The position numbers and the translations under genes were made by a program. The notes under the pieces are model-generated. The model did no database searches and had not been told where the DNA came from. It saw only the letters and a list, made by a program, of their open reading frames with translations. Below are positions 1 through 13,253 of a stretch of 64,000 nucleotides of DNA, piece after piece (within the stretch, counting starts at the first letter, position 1; each line of letters starts with the position of its first letter). This DNA comes from Eledone cirrhosa. Lineage: Eukaryota. Location of the stretch: assembly GCA_964016885.1 (NCBI GenBank), contig OZ024752.1, positions 46,872,001-46,936,000 of the forward strand, given 5' to 3'.

Positions 1-51
1 AGAAAACAAGAAGAATATTGGATGTTATTAGTCAGATACTAGAAATAGTGA

Positions 52-153
<102 letters not shown>

Positions 154-173
154 CAAGTAAGAATATATATAAT

Positions 174-514
174 GGAGGCACATGGCTTAGTGATTAGAGC
201 ATTGGGCTTGCAATCGGAAGGTTGTGAGGTCAATTCTCAGACCGGGTGATGTGTTGTTTCCTTGAGCAAGACACTTTATTTCACATTGCTCCAGTTTACT
301 CAGCTGTAGAAGTGAGATGATAGGGACTGGGGTCCCTATCATTCCACTGCAAAGTGTTCGTGGAGGTGCCAAGGCAAAAAAGCACCCAGCACTCACTGTA
401 AATGAGGTTGGTGTTAGGAAGGGCATCCAGCTGTAGAAATCAAGCCAGAATCAGTTCCCGTCCCACCCTTGCAAGCAGGGAAAAAGCGGACGTAAAATGA
501 AATGATGAAATGAT
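174..514 (+). mobile_element. SINE family A (tRNA head, central domain, RTE-type tail ending in (GAT)n)
   Basis: A-box TGGCTTAGTG, B-box-like G(T)TCAATTC, central CCTTGAGCAAGACACTT, tail CCCGTCCCACCCTTGCAAGCAGGG...GGACGTAAAATGA. Many near-identical copies in the window. Confidence 0.9.
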
Positions 515-520
515 ATACAT

Positions 521-554
<34 letters not shown>

Positions 555-655
555 TTATTTATTATAAGTAAAGATTAAATTCTAAGCAAAGAATTGCTGC
601 TTTCATCCTTAACCGGATCTTATATAATCCTTATTGTCTTCACATTTATTATTAC

Positions 656-703
<48 letters not shown>

Positions 704-940
704 TAAGGAAACGACAAAACAGATACAAAATCTCTTATTAGTTTCATGCTTTATGGTAAAGGGGGAAAGAAAGTTTGACATGTCAGACTTTAGCCCTTCT
801 TCAGGAGCACAAAAAATAGAGACAGGATCACATAGGATCGATACTGGGTATATTTTTCGAGTATTCTTGTTTATCTAATGTTTATGTCCCATAACTTAGT
901 GGTTTGATACAAAACATAGGTAAAATAAATAAATTTGGTT

Positions 941-1156
941 ATTTAAACCAGTCATATCTGGCCAGAATTTTCTCACCTCTTTCTGTTCAAACTTGCTATA
1001 ACCGGCCGCTCATACTGACATTACGGTATTATTCTCAAAATAAATAATATCAAAATCTCATAGATTCGATATTATGTGAGATAATTATGTGAGATAAAGC
1101 CTTTACTGTGAAAATACAATAGTATATATAGAGTACTGTAAATGCTAAAGGGTTAA
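941..1156 (+). mobile_element. piggyBac-type MITE, left TIR eroded
   Basis: Internal match; right TIR CTAAAGGGTTAA present. Confidence 0.8.
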
Positions 1157-1716
1157 AGAAAATATGTACTGGGGTCAGTATCCTTTCAATGTGGTACTCC
1201 AGCATGGCCACATACAAAGGACTGAAACACATAAAATAAAGAATAAAAGAATATAAACAATTCAATTTCCCTTCCGTTCTCTTTTCCCTATACATTCTCA
1301 CATCTGTACTATGAATGAGTTTATCTTTTTTTCTTTTTACATGCTTAAAAACTCTTTTCCTTTCCAAAAACAGTACAAAAATCTATTAAAAAAAATATGT
1401 TGATGTTTTTGGTGTGACTTTTAAGTTGAAACTTATCATTTCTAGGATCTGTTGGTTGTCGGCAAATCTGAAGTTGCTCTTGAATATAAATAATTTTTCC
1501 TTATGAATTAATGATAGTTTTCTTAGAAATCCTTAAAGTTTTCTAGCTGGGAAAGTGAAACTTGCTCTATATGAGGTCTAAAAATATAACACTTCAGTGA
1601 TTATCTTGTTTCTCTGGAGTGGATAGGAGAAGATCATTAAATATATATATTTTAAGAAATCATTTAATAATGTATACAACACTATGTATGTATATACACA
1701 CACACATATATGTTTT

Positions 1717-1752
<36 letters not shown>

Positions 1753-2389
1753 TAGATAGATATATCTGTAGCCCGTTCCACCCTTGCAAGCAGGGAAAAG
1801 CGGACGTAAAATGATGATGGTGATGATGATGATATATCTGTATATATATATAAAATACATACAGATATATAAATGCAAAAACATATATATATATATATAT
1901 ATATCTACTCATGCACACATACACACACACACACACTTTCCCCTCCCCTTCAAATTGCTGGCCTTGTGCCTAAATTAGAAACAGTTATTATATATCATTT
2001 AGAGGGTCGGAGGCCATGCTTTGACGCAAAGAGTTACGGCCCTTGCCATTCTGAGTTCAAATCCCACCGAGGTTAACTTTGCCTTTCATCCTTACGGGGT
2101 AGATACAGTAAAGTACCAGTAATACATTGGGATAATTGCTGGCCAATAGTAGAAACAATTATATTATATAAACATAGACACAAATGTAAACACATCAGTC
2201 GTACTGAAATAAATTATTACCTTATTGAGCAATACAGTAATGTCCCTTGGAAATATCAACATGACCAATAAGGGCTAGACTTAATACTAGTAAAAGAAGG
2301 CAATAGAATGTTCATTTCATTTCATATTATAACCCCCCCCCTCTTTATATATATTATATCCCCCCCCCACTCTCTCTAGATATGTTATA

Positions 2390-4905
2390 ACTCTCTCTCC
2401 ATATATTATAACCCCCTCTCTCCATATATTATAACCCCCTCTCTCCATATATTATAACCCCCTCTCTCCATATATTATAACCCCCTCTCTCTATATATTA
2501 TAACCCCCTCTCTCTATATATTATAACCCCCTCTCTCCATATATTATAACCCCCTCTCTCTATATATTATAACCCCCTCTCTCTATATATTATAACCCCC
2601 TCTCTCTATATATTATAACCCCCTCTCTCCATATATTATAACCCCCTCTCTCTATATATTATAACCCCCTCTCTCTATATATTATAACCCCCTCTCTCCA
2701 TATATTATAACCTCCTCTCTCCATATATTATAACCCCCTCTCTCTATATATTATAACCCCCTCTCTCCATATATTATAACCCCCTCTCTCCATATATTAT
2801 AACCCCCTCTCTCCATATATTATAACCCCCTCTCTCTATATATTATAACCCCCTCTCTCCATATATTATAACCCCCTCTCTCCATATATTATAACCCCCT
2901 CTCTCTATATATTATAACCCCCTCTCTCCATATATTATAACCCCCTCTCTCTATATATTATAACCCCCTCTCTCCATATATTATAACCCCCTCTCTCCAT
3001 ATATTATAACCCCCTCTCTCTATATATTATAACCCCCTCTCTCTATATATTATAACCCCCTCTCTCTATATATTATAACCCCCTCTCTCTATATATTATA
3101 ACCCCCTCTCTCCATATATTATAACCCCCTCTCTCCATATATTATAACCCCCTCTCTCCATATATTATAACCCCCTCTCTCCATATATTATAACCCCCTC
3201 TCTCCATATATTATAACCCCCTCTCTCCATATATTATAACCTCCTCTCTCCATATATTATAACCACCTCTCTCCATATATTATAACCCCCTCTCTCCATA
3301 TATTATAACCCCCCTCTCTCTATATATTATAACCCCCCTCTCTCCATATATTATAACCCCCTCTCTCCATATATTATAACCCCCCTCTCTCTATATATTA
3401 TAACCCCCCTCTCTCCATATATTATAACCCCCTCTCTCCATATATTATAACCCCCTCTCTCCATATATTATAACCCCCTCTCTCCATATATTATAACCCC
3501 CTCTCTCTATATATTATAACCCCCTCTCTCCATATATTATAACCCCCTCTCTCCATATATTATAACCCCCCTCTCTATATATTATAACCCCCTCTCTCTA
3601 TATATTATAACCCCCTCTCTCCATATATTATAACCCCCTCTCTCTATATATTATAACCCCCTCTCTCCATATATTATAACCCCCTCTCTCTATATATTAT
3701 AACCCCCTCTCTCCATATATTATAACCCCCTCTCTCTATATATTATAACCCCCTCTCTCCATATATTATAACCCCCTCTCTCCATATATTATAACCCCCT
3801 CTCTCTATATATTATAACCCCCTCTCTCCATATATTATAACCCCCTCTCTCTATATATTATAACCCCCTCTCTCCATATATTATAACCCCCTCTCTCCAT
3901 ATATTATAACCCCCTCTCTCTATATATTATAACTCCCTCTCTCCATATATTATAACCCCCTCTCTCCATATATTATAACCCCCTCTCTCTATATATTATA
4001 ACCCCCTCTCTCCATATATTATAACCCCCTCTCTCTATATATTATAACCCCCTCTCTCCATATATTATAACCCCCTCTCTCTATATATTATAACCCCCTC
4101 TCTCCATATATTATAACCCCCTCTCTCTATATATTATAACCCCCTCTCTCCATATATTATAACCCCCTCTCTCCATATATTATAACCCCCTCTCTCTATA
4201 TATTATAACCCCCTCTCTCCATATATTATAACCCCCTCTCTCTATATATTATAACCCCCTCTCTCCATATATTATAACCCCCTCTCTCTATATATTATAA
4301 CCCCCCTCTCTCCATATATTATAACCCCCTCTCTCCATATATTATAACCCCCTCTCTCTATATATTATAACCCTCTCTCTCCATATATTATAACCCCCTC
4401 TCTCTATATATTATAACCCCCCTCTCTCCATATATTATAACCCCCTCTCTCTATATATTATAACCCCCTCTCTCTATATATTATAACCCCCTCTCTCCAT
4501 ATATTATAACCCCCTCTCTCTATATATTATAACCCCCCTCTCTCCATATATTATAACCCCCTCTCTCCATATATTATAACCCCCTCTCTCCATATATTAT
4601 AACCCCCTCTCTCTATATATTATAACCCCCCTCTCCATATATTATAACCCCCTCTCTCCATATATTATAACCCCCTCTCTCCATATATTATAACCCCCTC
4701 TCTCCATATATTATAACCCCCTCTCTCCATATATTATAACCCCCTCTCTCTATATATTATAACCCCCTCTCTCCATATATTATAACCCCCTCTCTCCATA
4801 TATTATAACCCCCTCTCTCCATATATTATAACCCCCTCTCTCCATATATTATAACCCCCTCTCTCCATATATTATAACCCCCTCTCTCTATATATATTAT
4901 AACCC
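2390..4905. repeat. 23-bp minisatellite, about 109 copies
   Basis: Unit ATATATTATAACCCCCTCTCTC(C/T), period 23. Confidence 0.97.
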
Positions 4906-5311
4906 CCCCCCCCCCTCCTCTGTTTCCATATATTACAGCCCTCTCTCTCTATATATATATATTACTAGACCACCTCTGACCCAAAGGGGTATGAGTGATC
5001 TAGTATAAATATAACTGCTGAACTGAGAAGTTTGTTATCAATGATTTCGACAAGATATACTAGACAGCAGATATAATAATGTTAGTGATATGATAAACTG
5101 ATTTGTTAGAACTCCACCACTGAGCTGTATGGTTCTATGAGAGGGCCAACACACACCACACCAAACACAGCACACACCAGTCACCACACAGCACACACCA
5201 TGCACCACACAACACACACCACATGCGTATCTTATCTTATCAGATATGCAAACTAGTTTTCATTTATGTTTCCATTTGGAGATATACATCTCTGCCTGGA
5301 CATTATAAACG

Positions 5312-6123
5312 GGTGTTGGTGGTGGTGTTGGTGGTGGTGTTGGTAGTGGTGTTGGTAGTGGTGTTGGTAGTGGTGTTGGTAGTGGTGTTGGTAGTGGTGT
5401 TGGTAGTGGTAGTGCTGTTGGTAGTGGTGTTGGTGGTGGTGTTGGTAGTGGTGTTGGTGGTGGTAGTGCTGTTGGTAGTGGTGTTGGTAGTGGTGTTGGT
5501 AGTGGTGTTGGTGGTGGTAGTGCTGTTGGTAGTGGTGTTGGTAGTGGTGTTGGTAGTGCTGTTGGTGGTGGTGTTGGTAGTGGTGTTGGTAGTGGTGTTG
5601 GTAGTTGTGTTGGTAGTGGTGTTGGTAGTGGTGTTGGTAGTGCTGTTGGTGGTGGTGTTGGTGGTGGTAGTGCTGTTGGTAGTGGTGTTGGTGGTGGTGT
5701 TGGTAGTGGTGTTGGTAGTGGTGTTGGTAGTTGTGTTGGTAGTGCTGTTGGTGGTGGTAGTAGTGGTGATAGTGCTGTTGGTAGTGGTGTTGGTGGTGGT
5801 GTTGGTAGTGGTGTTGGTAGTGCTGTTGGTGGTGGTAGTGGTAGTAGTAGTGGTGGTAGTGCTGTTGGTGGTGGTGGTGGTGGTAGTGCTGTTGGTGGTG
5901 GTGGTGGTAGTAGTGGTGGTAGTGTTGGTGGTAGTGGTTGGTGGTGGTGGTGGTAGTAGTGGTGGTAGTGCTGTTGGTGGTGGTGGTGCTGGTAGTAGTG
6001 GGCGGTAGTGCTGTTGGTGGTGGTGGTGGTGGTAGTAGTGGTGGTAGTGCTGTTGGTAGTGGTGGTGGTGGTGCTGTTGGTGGTAGTATTGGTGGTGGTA
6101 GTGCTGTTGGTGGTGGTGGTGGT
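5312..6123. repeat. GGT/AGT/GTT compound microsatellite
   Basis: (GTAGTGGTGTTG)n grading into (GGT)n. Confidence 0.95.
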
Positions 6124-6391
6124 AGAAAATGGAATTTTCAGATGGTGTTAAATCATTTCTTGAATAAGAGAGTCTGGCATCAGCAAAGATGCAGTTGAGG
6201 CTCAGTGAAATCAGATGGTTGAGATTACGATCAGCTGTCGGCAGTTATCTGATAGAAAAATAAGACTTGGTATCAATTGACTCTGTTATAGACTTCCGAA
6301 AAATTCATGCAAATGTCCACACCACACCAGTATGAAGAAACAAAGGTTTCTTCAATAGGACTAACAGATTTAGAATTATTATTATTCAATA

Positions 6392-6620
6392 GGTGAAGGC
6401 GTGTGGCTGAGTGGTTAGAGAATTGGATTCACAATCGTAAGGTTGTGAGTTCGATTCCTGGACCAGGTGATGCATTATGTCCTTGAGCAAGACACTTTAT
6501 TTCACGTTGCTCCTTCTACCTGGAGTTGCGACCGATAGATAGTATTAGCAATTGGAAAGACCAACGGAAACATTGTTCCCTCGGTCCGATTTGACGAAAG
6601 TCGATCGTTCCTAAAAAAAA
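6392..6620 (+). mobile_element. SINE family B (head and core related to A, different tail)
   Basis: TGGCTGAGTGG A-box, GTTCGATTCC B-box, CCTTGAGCAAGACACTT core, tail ending GACGAAAGTCGATCG plus A-run. Other copies at 29523-29705 (-) and 49829-50053 (+). Confidence 0.85.
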
Positions 6621-6634
6621 TTATTCAATAAAAA

Positions 6635-7290
6635 GGGCGGTGGATTGGCAGTATCGGTAGAGGGTCGGACGCCATGTTAGGGCGGTATATTGGCAGTATC
6701 GGTAGAGGGTCGGACGCCATGTTAGGGCGGTATATTGGCAGTATCGGTAGAGGGGTCGGGCGCCATGTTAGGGCGGTATATTGGCAGTATCGGTAGAGGG
6801 TCAGACGCCATGTTAGGGCGGTATATTGGCAGTATCGCTAGAGGGTCGGACGCCATGTTAGGGCGGTGGATTGGCAGTATCGGTAGAGGGTCGGGCGCCA
6901 TGCTTTCCAGCATAGTTACATCCCTTTACGATCTGAGTTCAAATCCCGTCGAGGTTAACTTTGCCTTTCATCCTTACGGGGTCGATAAAATAAAGTACCG
7001 GTAATGCACTGGGTAATTGCTGGCCTTGTGCTTAAAGTAGAAACAATTATTATTCAATAAAAAGCAGTGGATTGGCAGTATCGGTAGAGGGTCGGATGCG
7101 ATGCTTAGCAGCATAGAGTTATCTCCCTTTATGATCTGAGTTCAAATCCCGCCGAGGTTGACTTTGCCTTTCATCCTTACGGGGTCGATAAAATAAAGTA
7201 CCAGTAATGCACTGGGGGCGATTTAATCGACTATCCCCTTCCAAAAATTGCTGGCCTTGTGCCTATATAAGAAACCATTATTCAATAAAA
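6635..7290 (+). mobile_element. SINE family C tandem (tRNA head, Nin/Deu-like domain), with a 6x 45-bp expansion of the head
   Basis: TGGCAGTATCGGTAGAG A-box, GAGTTCAAATCCC B-box, GCCTTTCATCCT..GGGGTCGATAAAATAAAGTACCAG resembling the Nin/Deu SINE domain, tail CCTTGTGCC..AGAAACAATTATT. Confidence 0.85.
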
Positions 7291-8105
7291 AGGATTTATA
7301 ATTCATATTCCTCAGTGAATGTTAGTATTCATTTTCCCCCACCTTTTTTTTTTTTTGTTGCAATTTTAAAAAATCTGTCTCTCTATCTTTACTGCGAAAC
7401 TGTTTAAATATTACGAGGGTTTTAAATTGAAATGTCAGCTGTGACACTCTTCATGCTCATTTCACAATCATAATATATTATTCTGTTAGTATTTTAGTCT
7501 TTCACCAGTTTCAGTCATTAATCTGCTGCCATGCTGGAACACCATCTTGAATGTTTTTTTTTTTTTTTGTGTATCTTTTAGTCAATTGTATCGATACTGG
7601 TATTTAATTTTTTCAAGTCTGGTACTTATTCTCTTGATTTCTATTTGCTGAACTGCTAAATTACAGAACTTAATAAACAAACAACATAAACACACACACT
7701 CACACAAAAGAGGCTTCTGCACAGTTTCCATCTACCAATTTTACTCCCCTCTCTCTTTCTCTCTGTGTGTGTATATATATATATATATATATAATCATCA
7801 TCATCCTCATCATTTTACATCCAGTTTTCCCTGCTTTCAAGGGTATGATGGGTCCTATTCAGCACAGCATCTCTCCATTTGTCACGGTCCTTCGTCATCT
7901 TCTCTGTGAGCTTCAGCAATCTGAGGTCAGCTCTCACTACCTCTGCCCATGATTTTCGTGGTCTTCCTCTACTGCATCTTCCTTAGAGAGAGAGTGACTC
8001 TATACCGAACTTGTCCTTTGGATTGAGTACTCTACCAACTATGGATATAACTCCAAGTTTTTTATCACTATATACATACATACACACACACACACACATA
8101 TATAT

Positions 8106-8440
8106 TTCATCATTTCATTTTACGTCCGCTTTTCCCTGCTTGCAAGGGTGGGACGGGAACTGATTCTGGCTTGATTTCTACAGCTGGATGCCCTTCCTAA
8201 CACCAACCTCATTTACAGTGAGTGCTGGGTGCCTTTTTGCCGTGGCACCTCCACGACCACTTTGCAGTGGAATGATAGGGACCCCAGTCCCTATCATCTC
8301 ATTTCTACAGCTGAGTAAACTGGAGCAGTGTGAAATAAAGTGTCTTGCTCAAGGAAACAACACATCACCTGGTCTGAGAATTGAACTCACAACCTTTCGA
8401 TTGCAAGGCCAATGCTCTAACCACTAAGCCATGTGCCTCC
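8106..8440 (-). mobile_element. SINE family A copy
   Basis: Reverse complement of 174-514. Confidence 0.9.
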
Positions 8441-8489
<49 letters not shown>

Positions 8490-9564
8490 GTGATAAAAAA
8501 CTTGGAGTTATATCCATAGTTGGTAGAGTACTCAGTCCAAAGGACAAGTTCGGTATAGAGTCACTCTCTCTCTAAGGAAGACTTAGCTTTGTTACAATTT
8601 GGTGAAGAATTTGGTGACATTTTTTCACACTCAGAGTTGCTGAAGCATGGAACAAACTCCCTGCATCAGTTGTTAGCTGCCGAGACACTGCATCCTTTAA
8701 AACCTCCATGTTTCCTGAAATTCGCCAACACTACACCTGATATGCCCCTCTCCATACATGCTCACACATGTATTTCATGACTCCTATACTGTTCACTTTC
8801 CTGACATTTGAACATTATTCTATGTATTATACATTCACCTTTGATGAGTTGTAGTGCACCTGAGCACTGTACACAATAATTTAATTATTATTATTTTAAA
8901 TCGAATGTTACTCATTTCACCTATAAAACAATGAGATAATGAGATATGGAGGAGTTGAAGAAAAGAGTTTTTTTGTTTCCTTTCTTTTACCTGTTAGGAA
9001 GAAGGTTACAATTTTTATTCTATTTTCTTTCTGTTCATTAATTTTTCAGGCAAATATGTCTGGGAAGATTTTGTGAATTTCAGAATAACTCTTATACAAG
9101 TTTTGTTTTTAAGCTGATGTTTGTGCTATTGGAACATCCATTCTGCTAGTAGCGCACTCAACCATGAAGTAATAATTAGCCAGTTATTTTTGTCTGATAC
9201 AAAAGTGGCTGGTTAGCCACTAAAATATTTAATTTAGTGTACCAATAAATTTTAATTAATTAAAATTTTACTCATGGTGATGAGAGAAAAAAATATTATC
9301 CGATTTATTAAGTCTGGTCAAGAAATGTAGGAGATACACTAATTAAAATTAATTAAAAATAGAATTCAGTTGGGTGTTTGTTTAATCTTTAGTTGTATGG
9401 TGACAACTCTTGACACGTTTTGGTCTTATTAACCCTCATCAGTAAAATATAGTCTAACTGTTACAGCCAAACCTTAGAAGGACCAGAAAGAATACATATT
9501 TTTTCTCTTTCACTATCAAGTACATGTGTCTTATTTTGATTTTTTTCTATTTGTTTTTGTTTAG

Positions 9565-9680
9565 GGTGTCACAGAAGGTTATAATGGGACTATTTTTGCT
9601 TATGGTCAGACTGGTTGTGGAAAGTCTTTTACCATGCAAGGAATCAAGGATCCACCAACACAAAGGGGAATTATTCCAAG
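9565..9680 (+). CDS. KIF17: Internal exon of a kinesin-2 motor, KIF17/OSM-3-like (P-loop exon)
   Basis: Polypyrimidine tract ending TTAG at 9564 and GTAAGG donor at 9681. Translates [38 protein letters not shown](R), containing the kinesin P-loop GQTGxGKS. The GVTEGYNG...SFTMQG..DPP.QRGIIPR context matches KIF17. No other exons recognised in the window. Confidence 0.85.
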
Positions 9681-10247
9681 GTAAGGAGATTTATTTTTCC
9701 AAACTGACATAACCTAGGTTACTTTTTGGTACCAGTCCATTTTAAATTTACATATTGCTGAAGCATGTAACAAACTCCCTGCATCAGTTGTTAGCTGTCG
9801 GGACACTGCATCCTTCAAACTTCCATGCTTCCTGAAATTCGCTGACACTACACCTGATATTTCCCCTCCATACACACGCACGCATATGTTCTCTCTCTCT
9901 CTGTCGTGTGTGTGTGTGTGTGTGTGTGTGCATATCATAACTCATACACTGTTCACTTTCCTGACTTTTGTACATTATTCTATGTACTATACATTCACCT
10001 TTGATGAGTTGTAGTGCACCTGAGCACTGTACACAATTTTCATTATCATTGTAAATGGCTTACTATTTAAATTAAACTTTCCCAACATAATTTAATTTTA
10101 TATAAGAACCATATGTTAAGTTACTACCTTAGCAATGAAATAATTAATCATTTTAATAAATCCCTCAAAATGCTTGATCAATGAATTGAAATAATGTATT
10201 TCATTGGAAATATGATCCTGAAAGGGTTAACAAACTGCTACTGCTGT

Positions 10248-10295
<48 letters not shown>

Positions 10296-10781
10296 CACTA
10301 CCACCTCCACTACTACTACTACCACCACCGCCACCACTACTACTACTATTACTACTACTACTACTAATGCTACTACTAACACCACCACCACTACTACTAC
10401 TACTCACCATTACCATCGCTGCAGTCACCACTATCACCCCACTATTATCACCAAGGTGCAATACAGTGGGGACTAGGTCTGAAACCATGTGGTTGCAAAG
10501 CAACGTACTCCTTTGCCACACAGCCCTGCTTCGAAAAATATTTTTAAAATAGATAACTTGTTCGAAATTGATGAAGGATAAGCAACTTGTAAAAAAATTG
10601 AAAAGTTTACTTAGTAAGTTAAATGAATTAAGAAAAAAAAAAATACTTTGTCCAATTTAATTTTCTCTAGCAAAATCAATTTTGCTAGGTGTAAACCTAT
10701 CTTGTGCTGAAAAGTTGTTCTGGCATCTATGAATATTATTAATTTGGTGTCAATTGACATTTGCACCACATTTTGCAGTAT

Positions 10782-10794
10782 TATATATATATAT

Positions 10795-10842
<48 letters not shown>

Positions 10843-10908
10843 ATTCATACATATATATATATATACACACACATATATATATGTGTTTATACATATTATA
10901 TCTATCTA

Positions 10909-10941
<33 letters not shown>

Positions 10942-10972
10942 GTATATATATATGTGTATATATATATATATA

Positions 10973-11033
<61 letters not shown>

Positions 11034-11076
11034 GTGTGTGTGTATATATATATATATATACATGCACCAATCCATT

Positions 11077-11122
<46 letters not shown>

Positions 11123-11147
11123 ATATATATACATGCACCACGCCATT

Positions 11148-11211
<64 letters not shown>

Positions 11212-11222
11212 ATATATATATG

Positions 11223-11259
<37 letters not shown>

Positions 11260-11260
11260 G
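10782..11260. repeat. (TA)n/(TG)n compound microsatellite
   Basis: Direct reading. Confidence 0.95.
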
Positions 11261-11715
11261 TATTTTGTCTGTTGGAAGGATGTTGATTATAAAGAAAAGA
11301 AAGAAAAAAATTCTGAATTTATTTTAAGAATATCAAGTTATCTCAATATTTTTGATACATTTTTAACAGTTAAAATAGGTATTTTTTGAAAGATTAAAAT
11401 TTCATGATAAATGAATTAAAACTGAAAAATGTTTCTAGATTAATATATATTTAATTTTTATTTTAATTTGATTTAATTTTTATTCCATATTCTATTCATT
11501 TTATCACCTGAAAATTCTGCAATTGAAAGATAAATTCTCAAAATATTTTCTGTTTCTAAGGCTTTTTTATTAGTTTTCATATAGTGTTTTTAATTTGCTA
11601 TTAAAAAAAATGTTGTTTTTACATTTTCATGGCATGATGTACCTTGGAATTGGTTGAATGTTCGAGCACCATATTAAACGTTTTTCATTTTCCTATCTTC
11701 CAAATTCAAGTCCTG

Positions 11716-11915
11716 NNNNNNNNNNNNNNNNNNNNNNNNNNNNNNNNNNNNNNNNNNNNNNNNNNNNNNNNNNNNNNNNNNNNNNNNNNNNNNNNNNNNN
11801 NNNNNNNNNNNNNNNNNNNNNNNNNNNNNNNNNNNNNNNNNNNNNNNNNNNNNNNNNNNNNNNNNNNNNNNNNNNNNNNNNNNNNNNNNNNNNNNNNNNN
11901 NNNNNNNNNNNNNNN
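11716..11915. other. Assembly gap (200 N)
   Basis: Run of exactly 200 N, probably a fixed-size scaffolding gap. Confidence 0.99.
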
Positions 11916-12149
11916 AAGCTGAAGTCAGTGCAATAAATCAGACCAAATTTGACCACAAAGCATTCTCTTGGCTCTCGGACATTCTAACAACTGATTAAAT
12001 CTCGCTAATAGTTCATTGTTGCTAGTCAGACAGAGGACTACAATGAGATCAAATGATGGAAGCAATGCTACTTTAGAAACAAAACAAGAAAATAATTTTA
12101 ATGCAATCAACTCAATAAATACAAAGGCTTGTTTCACAGTTAAGTTTTC

Positions 12150-12155
12150 TTTATT
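12150..12155 (-). promoter_or_regulatory. Candidate polyadenylation signal for RhoGDI (3' UTR about 1.1 kb)
   Basis: AATAAA on the minus strand followed by U/GU-rich sequence. Position only, no transcript evidence. Confidence 0.3.
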
Positions 12156-12709
12156 TCATCAAAACAAAAGATACAATGCTGACCACCATCATTGCCAAAG
12201 TTTTAGAGAGAAGTAAAAGGAAGGGAGAGAGAGAGAGAGAGGGAGGGAGCAAGAGAGGGAGAGAGACAAGAGAGACAAGATTCAGTTATTACATTAATAG
12301 TAATATATAAATTTGTTATTGCATGATTGGTAAAATGAGAGAATCTCTAGAAGGAAGATACACTGGTCTGTCCCTCTCCCCCAATAATGCTTAATAAAGG
12401 AGTTCTAAATCCATTGTCTCCTACATAGTAACATTATTATCTGAATAGGAGGAAATGGCTCGAGATATAATATATCTGTAACAATATTGGGAAAAGGTGA
12501 AGTTAGAGGAGAGGAAAAAAAGAAGAAGGAAAAAAAAGCTAACATTCAGCAAAAAAAAAAATGGACAGTGTACCATGATTCAAGAAATATTTTCTGTTGA
12601 ATGGCATTCAAGCAAAGAAGAAGGACACAAAATATAGCTTTGAAATTGAAATGAAAATAAAAGTGGCTTTAATTTTGGTTTTGTTTTCTTTATATATGAA
12701 ATGAGAGAT

Positions 12710-12970
12710 TTGATCTGCAAGGCTACACAGCAGCGCCATCCCGTTACTCGGTGGAGGGACAGTCCCTAGTTAATCCATGGAAAGGGGATGCCATCTCCAG
12801 TTGCTCCGTCGAAGGCTATACAACAAGGCCGACTCCAGTTGCTCTGTGGAGAAGTACTCCTTGGTTGATCTGCGGAAGCTACACAGTAAGAAGCCATCCC
12901 CAGTTGCTCTGTGGAAGTTACACAACAAGGGACCATTGCCAAGTTGCTCAGTGGGAGGCTACATACCGCC
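12710..12970. repeat. Degenerate tandem repeat (about 30-40 bp) in the inferred RhoGDI 3' UTR
   Basis: Recurring CCAGTTGCTCTGTGG-AAG(G)CTACACA(A/G)CAAG. Confidence 0.65.
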
Positions 12971-13253
12971 AAATTGTTAACCAAGAGGAAAGAAAGGAAC
13001 TCTATATTCAAAGTGGACTTCATTAGAAACAGCAGAGAGGAAGGGGAAGAAATTTGTGCAAATTGTCAATTTTTTTTTTATCTTTCTTTTTTTTCTATCA
13101 TGCAGCAGAATAAAATTATAAAAAAATATTAAAAAAAAATATATAATTGAGAAGCCGAAATTACATGATTTTTAGCTGGATCAATCCATTTTTCTTGTTT
13201 AAAATGTTATAGCATAATGTGAAATGGAAATTTGTGATTTTGTTAAGATTTTG

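Noticed and set aside
174-245. tRNA gene at the SINE heads
   Set aside because: Acceptor and anticodon stems do not pair, and the sequence continues into a SINE body.
187-426. Recurrent 79-aa ORF MPFLTPTSFTVSAGCFF... (about 10 copies)
   Set aside because: Antisense reading of SINE A, not a gene family.
2390-4905. C/T variant pattern of the 23-bp array as a code, or as a telomeric repeat
   Set aside because: Ordinary minisatellite variant interspersion; the unit is not (TTAGGG)n despite containing TAACCC.
5223-6198. Long poly-Val/Gly ORFs (also 35308-36636 and 57004-59221)
   Set aside because: Stop-free frames of trinucleotide-type microsatellites; no splice or domain evidence.
11644-11715. 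FEHHI peptide as the next KIF17 exon (expected AFEHIF)
   Set aside because: No acceptor site in a suitable position and no similarity beyond three residues.
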